Assembly: GCA_023247475.1 (NCBI GenBank)
Contig: JAHFGK010000002.1
Span: 1 to 41,894 of the forward strand
Direction: 5' to 3'
DNA: 41,894 bases
DNA from: Candidatus Omnitrophota bacterium
GTDB lineage: Bacteria; Omnitrophota; Gorgyraeia; Zapsychrales; JAHFGK01
The notes under the pieces are model-generated. The model had not been told where the DNA came from. It ran no database searches and was given only the letters and a program-made list of their open reading frames with translations. Both the position numbers and the translations under genes were made by a program. Positions 21,325 to 32,067 of the stretch are shown piece by piece. The first letter of the stretch is position 1, and each line of letters begins with the position of its first letter.

Positions 21325-21354
21325 ATCCCGAGCGAAGGCGCGGGATTTTTTTTA
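21325..21354 (+). terminator. Plus-strand-oriented intrinsic terminator (hairpin + T8)
   Basis: ATCCC(GA)GCG-AAGG-CGCGGGAT is followed by TTTTTTTTATT on the + strand. In minus orientation no U-tract follows it. Confidence 0.45.
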
Positions 21355-22506
21355 TTAAATTAAACTATTTAAAATTTCAATAAATCTATCGACCTCTTCC
21401 AACGTATTATAGACATGCGGCGATACGCGTAAATTCCCTTTCCATAGAGCCGTATAAATTCCTTCTTCAATTAATCGTCGATGAATAACTTTATTTTTTG
21501 CTTTATCTTTATAAGAAAAAACCAGCAAGCTCGAACGTCGCCTCCCTTTTTTGGGACTAATCAAAGAAAATTCTGTTTTGTCTAAATCATTAATGATTTT
21601 ATCGATGAGGCGATCATGATAGGCTCTTACCCGTTCTAAACCCAAATTAAGCCAATAATCAATCGCCGCCTTAAAAGGTTTAAAATTAAAAAAATTGGCC
21701 GTGCCAAAGACATCGTATTTTCGTGATGTCTTGATTTCCGCCAATGTCAAAGCATCTTCCCCCACTAAATCTTTTTCCGAGCAAAATACCGTCCAATAAG
21801 CTTGATTATAGTCCAGGCTTTCCCTTAAGACTGGTTTCATCCAAAAAAATCCTGTTGCATAAGGACCGCAAAGCCATTTATATCCAGCGCAAACAACCGC
21901 ATCCGCCAGTATTTTGGAAATATCGATCGGCATCGTTCCTGCGGATTGGGATACATTGACAACAAAAATAATTCCTTTATCTTTACAAATTTCACCAAAT
22001 TTCTCTATGTCTAAAACATAACCAGTAAAGGTATGCACGTGAGAAATGCAAAAGAGTTTTGTTTTGGCAGTGATGTTGGCTAGTAGTTCTTCCAATGCTA
22101 AGACTTTACTCTTAACTTTAATTTGTCGAACAACGACTCCGCTTTTTTGAAGGCCAAGCCAAGGCAAAATGTTTACCGGGAAATCATTTTGCATGACTAG
22201 AATTTCATCCCCTTTTTGCCAAGACAGACCATTGGCGAGAATGTGCAGTCCATAACTGGCGCTATTACCGAGAATCACATCCTTTTCATCGACCCCTATT
22301 AATCGCGCAATACTTTTCTTCAATTCCGTAGGCACTAAAGCAAACCGAGTTAATGTTAACTCATACGGTTTACTTTTCCATTCGACTGCTTCCTCAACTT
22401 CACGCTTGGCATTTAATGCTAACGGACCTTCACTAGCGGCATTAAACCAAATCTTTTTCCCAAAAGACGCAAAATCCTCAAAATATCGTTCTGATTTAAC
22501 TGGCAT
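21355..22506 (-). CDS. Class-V (cysteine desulfurase / selenocysteine lyase-like) PLP-dependent aminotransferase
   Basis: PLP-Lys context 'CAGYKWLCGPYATGFFW'. Start set at ATG 22506 because the upstream TTG extension is occupied by a terminator. Confidence 0.82.
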   Translation of the reverse strand: MPVKSERYFEDFASFGKKIWFNAASEGPLALNAKREVEEAVEWKSKPYELTLTRFALVPTELKKSIARLIGVDEKDVILGNSASYGLHILANGLSWQKGDEILVMQNDFPVNILPWLGLQKSGVVVRQIKVKSKVLALEELLANITAKTKLFCISHVHTFTGYVLDIEKFGEICKDKGIIFVVNVSQSAGTMPIDISKILADAVVCAGYKWLCGPYATGFFWMKPVLRESLDYNQAYWTVFCSEKDLVGEDALTLAEIKTSRKYDVFGTANFFNFKPFKAAIDYWLNLGLERVRAYHDRLIDKIINDLDKTEFSLISPKKGRRRSSLLVFSYKDKAKNKVIHRRLIEEGIYTALWKGNLRVSPHVYNTLEEVDRFIEILNSLI

Positions 22507-22521
22507 AAAGCGATGTCCCTC

Positions 22522-22556
22522 AAAAAAATAAAAAGACAACTTGTGAAAAAGTTGTC
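22522..22556 (-). terminator. Intrinsic terminator after ORF 22706-23368
   Basis: 8-bp stem GACAACTT / AAGTTGTC (22535-22556). On the minus strand it is followed by UUUUUAUUUUUUU. Confidence 0.7.
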
Positions 22557-22705
22557 TTTATCTAAAAACTAATTTCTTATAATCCATTACATGAATTTTC
22601 TAAATGACAAAAAAGTCACCCTGATAAATCTTGTATTAATATTCATCCCTCGACTGAAAGCCTGTCGACATTGATTATCTTCTATTCAAATCCCTCCTAA
22701 CGGCG

Positions 22706-23368
22706 TTATTTATATTCGGGGTTAGTCCGATCAACGATTCTCTGCATACTTTCCCTTATCATATCACTGGCTGTTTTCGTTTTGCGTATTTTACGACCAT
22801 ATCTCGATTTAGTATCAACTTTATTTTGATCTTTGGGATTGATTACATTTTGAATTTGATTTCCTAGTGACTTTTGAGTGGAAGTAACTTTGGGATTTTC
22901 CTTTTCTCTTTCCCTATCTTGCTCGGCTATTCTTTTTTGTAGATCCTGCATTCTCTGGGTTTCGTCTATTTGTTGTTGATTCTGTATCAGCCAGCCACTT
23001 TTTTGTGCTGAGGAGGAATTTATGTTTTTCGATATCAACTCTTGTTCTTTATCTAGGATCCCTTTCATCGTCGATTGGAAAGCCTGCCGTAACTCAGCTT
23101 CTTTCTTGCTCGTCTCTCGGATCAGTTGAGCACGGGCCTCTTGATCTCTTCTGGGATCATCGTATTGTTTTAAACGATCTTGTAAACTTTTATGTAAACC
23201 TTTTTTTTGTCGATTATATTCATCAACGAATTTCTGTTTTTCTTTCTTAATTTCATTTAACTGCTGCACGATGTTCCCCGACTCCCCTTCAGCATATACC
23301 CTGGAAAGGGGAAACATCATCCACCCTAACATGATCAAAATGGATATTCGCTTTATCATAATTATCAT
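22706..23368 (-). CDS. Secreted, charged coiled-coil-type hypothetical protein
   Basis: Signal-like N-terminus 'ISILIMLGWMMFPLSRVYA'. The rest is K/E/Q-rich low complexity. No family recognised. Confidence 0.55.
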   Translation of the reverse strand: MIIMIKRISILIMLGWMMFPLSRVYAEGESGNIVQQLNEIKKEKQKFVDEYNRQKKGLHKSLQDRLKQYDDPRRDQEARAQLIRETSKKEAELRQAFQSTMKGILDKEQELISKNINSSSAQKSGWLIQNQQQIDETQRMQDLQKRIAEQDREREKENPKVTSTQKSLGNQIQNVINPKDQNKVDTKSRYGRKIRKTKTASDMIRESMQRIVDRTNPEYK

Positions 23369-23441
23369 AAATTGTTTACAATTATTACTTAACCTTTAAA
23401 CGGAACTCACCCTTAAGCAATTCTTTTAAAAAACAAAATTC

Positions 23442-23969
23442 TTATTTAGCATCCTCTGATTTCTCTGATTTAAGAAGTCCCTGCAGTAGAGCGAGTGATT
23501 TTAAAAAATTTTCTTGATCCTTCTTACCTTGAAAAATTTCTACACTCATTTGTGCATTCTTTTTGGCAAGCTCTTTATGACCACCCATACCATTGGCAAC
23601 CGCCAATAAATAGTAGGCCTTACCATTACCGGGATCGACTTTCGTCAGGGCGGACAAGGTCTCAATGGCACGATCATAACTTTGCAACTCCATATAGGTT
23701 TGCCCAAGGATAAGATAGGCTTCTTCCCCCCGAGGGTTCTCCACAATAGCATCATGAAAATTCTTAATAGCCAAAGGCACATCCCTTTCATTTAAATGTT
23801 TTTTACCTTGTTCGATGAGCTGTTGAGCACCAATAGCAGAGTCGGGGCTAACAGTGGATGCGACTTGCTTGGACTCACTCTGGGTTTCCACTCCTGTGGC
23901 ATCTTCGTGGGATCCGCATCCAACCAAAAATAAACTCATGGTCATCACCCCAATAAAAATCTTTTTCAT
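23442..23969 (-). CDS. TPR-repeat lipoprotein
   Basis: Start ATG 23969 is preceded by AAGGAGA. Lipobox 'FLVGC'. TPR-like repeats include 'AYLILGQTYMELQSYDRAIETL' and 'AYYLLAVA'. Confidence 0.8.
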   Translation of the reverse strand: MKKIFIGVMTMSLFLVGCGSHEDATGVETQSESKQVASTVSPDSAIGAQQLIEQGKKHLNERDVPLAIKNFHDAIVENPRGEEAYLILGQTYMELQSYDRAIETLSALTKVDPGNGKAYYLLAVANGMGGHKELAKKNAQMSVEIFQGKKDQENFLKSLALLQGLLKSEKSEDAK

Positions 23970-24034
23970 TTTTTCTCCTTCTGTGCTTACCTTTTGATGG
24001 TGTAAGCACATTTAAAAATTGTTCCGTTATAAAG

Positions 24035-25474
24035 TCAAACTCCTACTGCACGCATCAAGTATTTATTAACTCCCTCCGCTGCCGCTCGTCCTTCATTGAT
24101 CGCCCAAACAACTAACGATTGACCTCTACGCATATCACCTGCGGCAAAAATACCGGGAATATTCGCCATTTTATTTTCATCCGTTTTAACATTGCCCCTC
24201 TCATCCAATTGAACAGCCAATTCCTCCAGCATCCCCTTTTTAACCGGGCCCAAAAATCCCAAAGCAAGAAGAACCAAATCCACATCAACCATAAAATCAG
24301 AACCGGGAACTTCCGTCATTGCTCGACGACCAGTGCTAGGATCTTTGAGGCCGAATTCCAGTCGAACCGCATGAAGTTTTTTGACTTTACCATTCTCTCC
24401 ACTAAATCGTTTCGTCATAATTCCATAATCCCGTTTGCACCCCTCATCATGGGAGGTGGAAGACCGTTCAATAAACGCCCACTGAGGCCAGGGATTATCT
24501 GGGTCCCGCTCCTTCGGAGGATAAGGCATCAATTCAAAGTTTAGAACTTCAATAGCCCCTTGTCGATTGGCGGTGCCAATACAATCCGAACCGGTATCCC
24601 CTCCTCCTAACACAACCACGCGTTTGCCTTCTGCGGTAATGCGATCTTTAAAATCACCTTTCTGTCCCATATTAATGCGGTTCTGTTGAGTTAAATAATC
24701 CATAGCAAAATAGATGCCCTGTAACTCTCGACCAGGAATAGGAATATCTCTGGGTTGTTCTGCCCCTGCGCACAAGACAAGCGCATCGTATTTAGTTAAT
24801 AATTCTTTGGCAGAAATATCGACCCCCACGTGCGTCTTAGTCTTAAAGACAACGCCTTCTTGACGCATGCGCTTCAGTCGGCGCTCGACCACCCACTTCT
24901 CCATCTTAAAATCAGGAATACCTAAAGTCAAGAGTCCACCCAAGGCCTCATTTTTTTCATAAACACTGACAAAATGTCCGGCCTTATTCAATTGATCAGC
25001 ACAAGCTAAGCCAGCGGGGCCCGAGCCAATAACAGCCACTTTTTTCCCCGTCCGAAATGTTGGAGGCCGGGGTTTAAGCCATCCTTCCTGATAAGCCTTT
25101 TCAATGATAGCAACTTCAATATTTTTAATGGTAACAGCAGGTTGATTAATGGCCAAAACACAGGAATTCTCACAAGGCGCAGGACAGATACGACCCGTGA
25201 ACTCCGGGAAGTTATTGGTTTTATGTAAGCGTTCAATGGCCTCTTGCCAACGATTATTATAAACCAAATCGTTCCAATCGGGAATAATATTGCCGATGGG
25301 GCAACCCGACTGACAAAAAGGCACACCGCAGTCCATGCAGCGCGCCCCTTGTTTTTTTAATTCTTCCTCAGGTAAAGGTGTATAAAATTCTTTCCAATGT
25401 TTAACACGAACTCCAGCAGGTTCTTTTTTAAAATCTTTCCTGTCATACTTCATGAACCCTTTAACATCACCCAT
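24035..25474 (-). CDS. gltD: Glutamate synthase (NADPH) small subunit
   Basis: Fe-S Cys clusters ('CMDCGVPFCQSGCP'), dinucleotide folds 'VAVIGSGPAGL' and 'VVVLGGGDTGSDC'. Confidence 0.95.
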   Translation of the reverse strand: MGDVKGFMKYDRKDFKKEPAGVRVKHWKEFYTPLPEEELKKQGARCMDCGVPFCQSGCPIGNIIPDWNDLVYNNRWQEAIERLHKTNNFPEFTGRICPAPCENSCVLAINQPAVTIKNIEVAIIEKAYQEGWLKPRPPTFRTGKKVAVIGSGPAGLACADQLNKAGHFVSVYEKNEALGGLLTLGIPDFKMEKWVVERRLKRMRQEGVVFKTKTHVGVDISAKELLTKYDALVLCAGAEQPRDIPIPGRELQGIYFAMDYLTQQNRINMGQKGDFKDRITAEGKRVVVLGGGDTGSDCIGTANRQGAIEVLNFELMPYPPKERDPDNPWPQWAFIERSSTSHDEGCKRDYGIMTKRFSGENGKVKKLHAVRLEFGLKDPSTGRRAMTEVPGSDFMVDVDLVLLALGFLGPVKKGMLEELAVQLDERGNVKTDENKMANIPGIFAAGDMRRGQSLVVWAINEGRAAAEGVNKYLMRAVGV

Positions 25475-25499
25475 AGATGAACCTCTATCCTTAGCTGAG

Positions 25500-28400
25500 T
25501 TACTTAAGGACGCTCTGTGGTTTTTCGTCCTTAATTTTCATGGCTTCTTCAATAACTCGTCGATAATCTTTTGGATAAACCTTAACAAATTGAGGAAGGG
25601 TCTTCTCCCAATTCTTAAGAACATCATTTGCGACGGTACTTTTGGTATACTGCCAATGTTTTTCAATAAGGGTCTTCAATTCTTTAATATCCGCTTCTTG
25701 ATCAACGGGAACCAAATCCACCATGTTTAAATTACACCGTTGAGCAAATGTTCTTTCTCGATCCCAGACATAAGCAAAACCACCGCTCATCCCGGCGGCG
25801 AAATTGCGTCCCGTCGGTCCCAAAACAACAACTCGGCCTCCGGTCATGTACTCACAACCATGATCGCCCACGCCTTCCACAACCGCATACGCACCACTGT
25901 TTCGAACAGCAAATCGTTCCCCCGCTAATCCGCGAATATAAACCTCCCCGCAAATCGCACCGTAAAGAAGTACATTGCCGACAATAATATTTTCCTCGGG
26001 AACAAAGGTCGCTTTTTTCGGTGGATAAACAATAATTTTCCCTCCCGATAATCCCTTTCCTAAATAATCATTGGAATCACCTTCCAAAGTTAAAGTCACC
26101 CCATGAGCTAAAAAGGCACCAAAGCTTTGTCCTGCTGAACCCGTGAATTTGATTTGTATCGTATCCTCGGGTAAGCCTGCCAGATCGTATCGTCGAGCAA
26201 TCTCGGAGCTAAGCATTGTACCGACGGTGCGATTAGTATTCTGGATAGGTATTTCGAGTTGCACTGCCCTTTTATTTTCGATAGCCGCATGACAAAGTTC
26301 AATCAACTTATTATCTAAGGCGCGCTCTAGGCCATGATCTTGTCTGGTCACGTGCCGTATCGCCACATAGGACGGGACATCGGGTTTATGCAAAACATTG
26401 GTTAAATCCAATCCCTTAGCCTTCCAATGGTCGATGACCTGTTTAGTCTCCAGCATATCCACTCGCCCAATCAGATCATCAAATTTCTTAAATCCTAATT
26501 CCGCCATAATCTCACGAACTTCCTCCGCCAAAAATGTAAAAAAATTCACCACATGCTCGGGTTTGCCGGTAAACTTTTTTCGAAGTTCCGGATCTTGGGT
26601 AGCAATCCCCACGGAACAGGTATTTAAGTGGCACTTCCTAAGCAGAATACAGCCTAAAGACACAAGCGCCGAGGTTGAAAACCCAAATTCATCCGCACCT
26701 AACATCGCGGCAATCACCACATCGCGACCAGTTTTCAGCTGTCCGTCGGTCTGCACACGAATGCGACCGCGCAAATCATTCATCACTAAGACTTGTTGGG
26801 TTTCAGCGATGCCTAACTCCATCGGAAGTCCAGCATGTTTAATCGACGTCTGCGGAGACGCACCCGTTCCTCCTTCATAACCACTAATAAGAACATGATC
26901 CGCTTTTCCTTTTGACACACCCGCGGCAATCGTGCCCACTCCCACTTCCGCCACGAGTTTGACACTAACATCGGCTCTGGGGTTAGAATTTTTTAAATCA
27001 TGAATCAATTGTGCCAAATCTTCAATCGAATAAATATCATGATGCGGTGGCGGCGAAATCAGTCCCACACCCGGTGTAGTATAACGTGTCTTCGCAATTT
27101 CCTTACTGACCTTGTATCCAGGAAGTTGTCCGCCTTCGCCGGGTTTGGCCCCTTGGGCCATTTTGATCTGCAGTTGATCGGCATTCACTAAATATTCAAT
27201 CGTGACACCGAAACGACCTTGCGCCACCTGTTTGATACGGCTTCGACGCCAATCTCCATTGGGATCTTTTTTATACCGATCGGCATCTTCGCCACCCTCA
27301 CCTGTATTCGAAAATCCACCGAGTCGGTTCATGGCGATTGCTAAAGTTTCATGTGTCTCTTTGGAAATGGAACCATACGACATAGCCCCGGTAGCAAAAC
27401 GTTTGACAATTTCCGAGGCCGGTTCCACTGTTTCAATGGCAAGCGGATTTCCCTTTTTAAAGTGTAAAAGTCCGCGGATATTCGCTAATTCTTTGGTGCG
27501 TTCGTTGACAAGCTTAGCATATCTTTTATATAATGGATAATTACCGGTTCGCACCGCATGTTGAAGTAAAGCGATCGTTTCTGGATTAAACTGGTGAAAT
27601 TCTCCATCGCGTCGCCAATAATAATCACCGCCCACATCCAAAATAGACTCTGGTTCACCGAGTTGAGGGAAAGCCGTCTGATGTCGACGGAGCATCTCCT
27701 CTGCCACCGTTTCAATTCCGATACCGCCGATACGGGAGGCCGTGGCCGTAAAATATTTATCAATCAATTCCTGACCCAAACCAACGGCCTCAAAGATCTG
27801 TGCGCCGGTGTAGGATTGAATCGTGGAGATTCCCATCTTGGAAATAACCTTAAACAAACCCTTACGGCAACTTTTAAGAAAATTTTTTTCCGCCTTTTCA
27901 AAGGTGAGCTCCGTAGGTAAATTGCCCTTTTTGATTTCGCTTTCAATGGTCTCAAACGCCAAATAAGGATTGATGGCATTGGCACCATATCCCAACAAAA
28001 CTGCAAAATGATGCATCTCGTGTGCCTCGCCGGTCTCGATGACCAAACTCACCTTCGTTCGCGTTCCTCGTCGAATCAAATGGTGATGTAAACCAGAACA
28101 CGCCAAAAGAGACGGCATCGGGACATGTCGGCTATCTACCCCCCGATCGGATAGAATAAAAATTGTACAGCCTTCTTCAATGGCTTTATCCGTTTTCTTA
28201 AACAATTCTTCTAAAGCCTTGGCTAATCCCTTCAGCCCATCCGCCCTTTTAAATAAAATAGGCAAGGTGATGCTTTTCAAATTTCCTTGTCGGACATTAC
28301 GAATCTTCTCTAAATCTTTATTAGAGATGATCGGCCGCGGTAATTTCAGACGATGGCAATGCTGCGGTGTTTCATCCAAAAGATTTCCTTCCGACCCAAG

Positions 28401-30065
28401 CAACACATCTTCCGCCATAATCACTTCTTCGCGAATCGCATCCACCGGAGGATTGGTCACCTGCGCGAATAATTGTTTAAAATAATTAAATAACAATTGC
28501 GGTCGATTGGACAAAACGGCTAAGGGATTATCCGCCCCCATGGAACCAACCGCTTCTTCACCATCCGCGATCATCGGCTGCAAAACAATCTTTAAATCTT
28601 CCAATGTGTAACCAAAGGCCTTCTGTCTCAAAAGAAGAGTTTTCTCATCGAGACCATGAATTTTCTTGGGTTCCGGCAAAGAATTAAGGTGCACCAAATT
28701 TTCCTTTAACCATTGGCCGTATGGTTGACGCGTCGCATAGGAATGTTTAAGCTCTTTATCGTCGATAATACGGCCTTCTTGAGTGTCCACCAAAAACATC
28801 TTCCCCGGTTGCAGACGTCCTTTCATCTTGATATTTTCCGGTGAGATCGGCAAAACACCTGTCTCCGAGGCCATCACAACGATATCATCCTTAGTGACTA
28901 AAAATCTCGAGGGTCTTAAACCATTACGGTCCAATACCGCACCAATATAACGACCGTCGGTAAAAGCGATAGAGGCCGGCCCATCCCAAGGCTCCATCAG
29001 ACACGAATGATATTCGTAAAAAGCTTTCTTCTCTTCTTCCATGCTCTCATGCCCACTCCATGCCTCGGGGATCATCATCATCACCGCATGCGGTAAAGGA
29101 CGACCCGCCAGCACTAATAACTCTAAAACATTATCAAAAATAGCGGAATCACTGCCGTGGGGGACAATAATGGGTAAAATTTTCTTTATATCATCTGCGA
29201 ACTGCTCACTGATAAATTGAGTCTCACGGGCATGCATCCAATTAATATTTCCTCTCAAAGTATTAATTTCACCGTTATGGCATAGTATACGGTAAGGATG
29301 AGCTAAGGCCCACGTAGGAAATGTGTTTGTGCTATAGCGAGAGTGCACCATGGCCAATGCCGAAACCATCGTTGGATCGGCTAAATCCGCAAAGAAACGA
29401 CCCAGCTGTATCGCCATGAGTTGCCCTTTATAGACCAACGTCCTCGAGGATAAACTACAGATATAAAAATAATTTCTTTGCTTAAGTTCAGAGGCTCTTA
29501 CTTTAAACTCGATCAGCTTGCGGATAACATAAAGTTTTCGTTCAAATGCCTCTGGAGGAATATTCTCTCCCCGACCAATAAATATTTGTTTGAATTCAGG
29601 CTCGACGGAACGGGCCACTTTCCCAATCTTGGAACTGTCATGAGTTACCTCCCGCCAACCTAAAAATTTTTGTCCTTCCTCATGAATAATATGTTCGAAC
29701 CATTCTTCCACAGCGTTACGGTCAGCTAAATCCGTTGGTAAAAACACCAAACCAGCGCCATAGTCGCCTTCGGGTGGTAAAATAATATTGAGTTTCCTAC
29801 ATTCTTTTCTTAAAAACGTATCCGGCATTTGAACCAAGATACCAGCCCCATCGCCGGTTTCCGGGTCACACCCGCATGCCCCTCGATGGCTTAAATTCTC
29901 TAAAATCTGAATCCCATTGCGCACAATCTCATGGGATTGCTTTCCTTTCATATCAACAATAAAGCCAACACCGCAGGCTTCGTGCTCAAAAGCTGGATCA
30001 TAGAGCCCTTGTTGCGGAGGATAAAAAATACCGTTCATGGCTTTATTCTTTTTCAATTTTCGCAT
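25500..30065 (-). CDS. gltB: Glutamate synthase large subunit
   Basis: 1521 aa. Ntn amidotransferase nucleophile 'CGVGFIV', FMN/3Fe-4S region and a C-terminal GXGXG domain. SD AGGAAG lies 8 nt upstream. Confidence 0.97.
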   Translation of the reverse strand: MRKLKKNKAMNGIFYPPQQGLYDPAFEHEACGVGFIVDMKGKQSHEIVRNGIQILENLSHRGACGCDPETGDGAGILVQMPDTFLRKECRKLNIILPPEGDYGAGLVFLPTDLADRNAVEEWFEHIIHEEGQKFLGWREVTHDSSKIGKVARSVEPEFKQIFIGRGENIPPEAFERKLYVIRKLIEFKVRASELKQRNYFYICSLSSRTLVYKGQLMAIQLGRFFADLADPTMVSALAMVHSRYSTNTFPTWALAHPYRILCHNGEINTLRGNINWMHARETQFISEQFADDIKKILPIIVPHGSDSAIFDNVLELLVLAGRPLPHAVMMMIPEAWSGHESMEEEKKAFYEYHSCLMEPWDGPASIAFTDGRYIGAVLDRNGLRPSRFLVTKDDIVVMASETGVLPISPENIKMKGRLQPGKMFLVDTQEGRIIDDKELKHSYATRQPYGQWLKENLVHLNSLPEPKKIHGLDEKTLLLRQKAFGYTLEDLKIVLQPMIADGEEAVGSMGADNPLAVLSNRPQLLFNYFKQLFAQVTNPPVDAIREEVIMAEDVLLGSEGNLLDETPQHCHRLKLPRPIISNKDLEKIRNVRQGNLKSITLPILFKRADGLKGLAKALEELFKKTDKAIEEGCTIFILSDRGVDSRHVPMPSLLACSGLHHHLIRRGTRTKVSLVIETGEAHEMHHFAVLLGYGANAINPYLAFETIESEIKKGNLPTELTFEKAEKNFLKSCRKGLFKVISKMGISTIQSYTGAQIFEAVGLGQELIDKYFTATASRIGGIGIETVAEEMLRRHQTAFPQLGEPESILDVGGDYYWRRDGEFHQFNPETIALLQHAVRTGNYPLYKRYAKLVNERTKELANIRGLLHFKKGNPLAIETVEPASEIVKRFATGAMSYGSISKETHETLAIAMNRLGGFSNTGEGGEDADRYKKDPNGDWRRSRIKQVAQGRFGVTIEYLVNADQLQIKMAQGAKPGEGGQLPGYKVSKEIAKTRYTTPGVGLISPPPHHDIYSIEDLAQLIHDLKNSNPRADVSVKLVAEVGVGTIAAGVSKGKADHVLISGYEGGTGASPQTSIKHAGLPMELGIAETQQVLVMNDLRGRIRVQTDGQLKTGRDVVIAAMLGADEFGFSTSALVSLGCILLRKCHLNTCSVGIATQDPELRKKFTGKPEHVVNFFTFLAEEVREIMAELGFKKFDDLIGRVDMLETKQVIDHWKAKGLDLTNVLHKPDVPSYVAIRHVTRQDHGLERALDNKLIELCHAAIENKRAVQLEIPIQNTNRTVGTMLSSEIARRYDLAGLPEDTIQIKFTGSAGQSFGAFLAHGVTLTLEGDSNDYLGKGLSGGKIIVYPPKKATFVPEENIIVGNVLLYGAICGEVYIRGLAGERFAVRNSGAYAVVEGVGDHGCEYMTGGRVVVLGPTGRNFAAGMSGGFAYVWDRERTFAQRCNLNMVDLVPVDQEADIKELKTLIEKHWQYTKSTVANDVLKNWEKTLPQFVKVYPKDYRRVIEEAMKIKDEKPQSVLK

Positions 30066-30077
30066 AGCACAATCTTC

Positions 30078-30296
30078 CTATTGATATTGTTTAATACAAA
30101 TATTATATTTTTTTATTTTTGAACGTAAGGTATTACGATTGAGTCCTAAAACTCGAGAGGCGATTAACTGATTACCAGAAGAATATTTTAATGCCTTATC
30201 GATCAGTTGTTTCTCGGTATCATCAATCACAAGTCGATAGATCTGACCTTTTTGAAAGGTTTGAAAGGCGTCTTCTATTTTATCTAAGGTGTCCAT
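30078..30296 (-). CDS. Stand-alone Fis-type helix-turn-helix DNA-binding protein
   Basis: 72 aa. 'GNQLIASRVLGLNRNTLRSKIKKY' matches the Fis/NtrC C-terminal HTH pattern. Its stop lies 12 nt before the gltB start. Confidence 0.7.
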   Translation of the reverse strand: MDTLDKIEDAFQTFQKGQIYRLVIDDTEKQLIDKALKYSSGNQLIASRVLGLNRNTLRSKIKKYNICIKQYQ

Positions 30297-30341
30297 TTTA
30301 TCGTCTTTTGGTCCCTAGTGCAATTGAAAAGATTGGTAGTT

Positions 30342-32021
30342 TTAAAATTCCTTATATTGATTCGTAATCGGCAATCGCCAGTCTTTCCCAAAGGCCCGAG
30401 GAGTAATTTTTACTCCTGGCGGTGCTTGTCGACGTTTATATTCACTTCTATCGACCATCTTAATAACTTCCTTAATAATATGTTTTTCATTAAATTGCTT
30501 ACTCATTCGGGCGAACGATTGATGTTCTTCCACGTACGCCCTTAATAACTGATCGAGAAGATTATACGGTGGTAAAGAGTCCCGATCTTTTTGGTTTTCT
30601 CTCAACTCTGCCGTTGGCGCACGTTCATAAACACTTTCCGGAATAATATTACCTTGTTGGCTGTTTATAAGCCTCGCTAATTCATAGACTTTCGTCTTTG
30701 GTACATCTTTGATAACGGCAAACCCACCCGACATATCTCCATAAAGAGTACAATACCCCACCGCGATTTCACTTTTATTTCCCGTCGTTAACACTAGCCA
30801 TCCAAATTTATTCGAGAATGCCATTAAAATATTTCCCCGGATTCTGGCTTGAAGGTTTTCTTCCGCTATATTAAATGGTTGACCGGCAAATTCACCCCTT
30901 AACGTTTCCAAATAAGCATTGAAAATTTCTTCAATAGGAACAACCATAAACCGAATACCAAGATTTTCCGCAACCTTTTGCGCATCGGACTTCGTCCCTT
31001 CCGAGGAAAATCTTGATGGCATCGAAACACCAATGACATTTTCTTTACCTAAAGCTTCTTTCGCAATCACCGCAACCAAGGAAGAATCAATGCCACCACT
31101 TAAACCCACCACAACTTTTTTAAATCCATTTTTTTGAACATAATCACGGGTTCCTAAAATCAACGCTTTGTAGATCCCTTCAATTTGACTTAATTGCGAA
31201 GCCAAATGCGGCTGCCCCGGTATTATTTCTTTATGATTCGTCTGCGATAAAACGATATACCGAGTTGATTTCCTTTTCTTTGGTCTCGCTGGGATCTCTA
31301 AATCGGTAATGATGAAATCTTCTTCAAACTGTTTACCTAAAGCAAGGGTCTTCCCTTTGGGATCAATGATTAAACTTCCACCGTCAAATACTAATTCATC
31401 CTGTCCTCCAATGAGATTAACATAACAGATAAACGCCTTCGTTTGTTTAGCTCGATTCATGAGCAATTTCTCACGCAACTCCAACTTCCCCACATGATAA
31501 GGGGAAGAAGAAATATTAATTAAAAGTTGCGCCCCTTTTTGAGTTTGCTCACGATAAACACCGTTATCAACCCAAATATCCTCGCAGATATTCACGGCAA
31601 AAATATTTTTTCCATAAAAAAATAAAGGGGAAATTCTGCCTTCCGTAAAATAACGTTTTTCATCAAAGACACCATAATTAGGAAGGGCTCGTTTATAATA
31701 AACACCTTTTATACGACCATTCGCAATAACCGCTGCTGCATTGTAGAGATGCTTTTTTGCATCCATATCAACGAAGCCTACAACCGCGGTGATTTTCTTA
31801 ACATCTTTTGCCAAAGAACGTAAAATTTTTAGATTGTCGCGGACAAAATCTTCTTTAAATAACAAATCCTCCGGCGGATAACCACAAATCGCAAGCTCCG
31901 GAAAGGCAATAATATCAACCTCCCTTTTTTGTGCACGCTCCATAGCACCGACAATCTTTTGGTAATTACCCGAAAGATCGCCGACGGTGGTGTTGATTTG
32001 AGCTAAACCAATCCGTAACAT
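30342..32021 (-). CDS. nadE: Glutamine-dependent NAD+ synthetase (CN-hydrolase + synthetase domains)
   Basis: 559 aa. N-terminal nitrilase-type domain ('FPELAICGY', 'NICEDIW') and P-loop-like 'GLSGGIDSS'. Confidence 0.93.
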   Translation of the reverse strand: MLRIGLAQINTTVGDLSGNYQKIVGAMERAQKREVDIIAFPELAICGYPPEDLLFKEDFVRDNLKILRSLAKDVKKITAVVGFVDMDAKKHLYNAAAVIANGRIKGVYYKRALPNYGVFDEKRYFTEGRISPLFFYGKNIFAVNICEDIWVDNGVYREQTQKGAQLLINISSSPYHVGKLELREKLLMNRAKQTKAFICYVNLIGGQDELVFDGGSLIIDPKGKTLALGKQFEEDFIITDLEIPARPKKRKSTRYIVLSQTNHKEIIPGQPHLASQLSQIEGIYKALILGTRDYVQKNGFKKVVVGLSGGIDSSLVAVIAKEALGKENVIGVSMPSRFSSEGTKSDAQKVAENLGIRFMVVPIEEIFNAYLETLRGEFAGQPFNIAEENLQARIRGNILMAFSNKFGWLVLTTGNKSEIAVGYCTLYGDMSGGFAVIKDVPKTKVYELARLINSQQGNIIPESVYERAPTAELRENQKDRDSLPPYNLLDQLLRAYVEEHQSFARMSKQFNEKHIIKEVIKMVDRSEYKRRQAPPGVKITPRAFGKDWRLPITNQYKEF

Positions 32022-32067
32022 AGTACTTTAACCTGCCTAATCTTTGTGCATCGTTAAACAAAAAAAT

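Noticed and set aside
22507-22539. TTG-initiated extension of the class-V aminotransferase ORF
   Set aside because: These codons are the 3' part of a terminator hairpin and its U-tract (GACAACTT...AAGTTGTC + TTTTTATTTTTTT). ATG 22506 is the plausible start.
25740-29663. Many + strand ORFs of 60-160 aa inside gltB (for example 26398-26880 and 27202-27540), and similar antisense ORFs inside carB, glpK, glpD, gltD, glnA and the nitrate-reductase-like gene
   Set aside because: They lie entirely antisense to long genes with strong family motifs. They have low-complexity or Arg/Ser-rich translations and no ribosome-binding sites. These are typical shadow ORFs.
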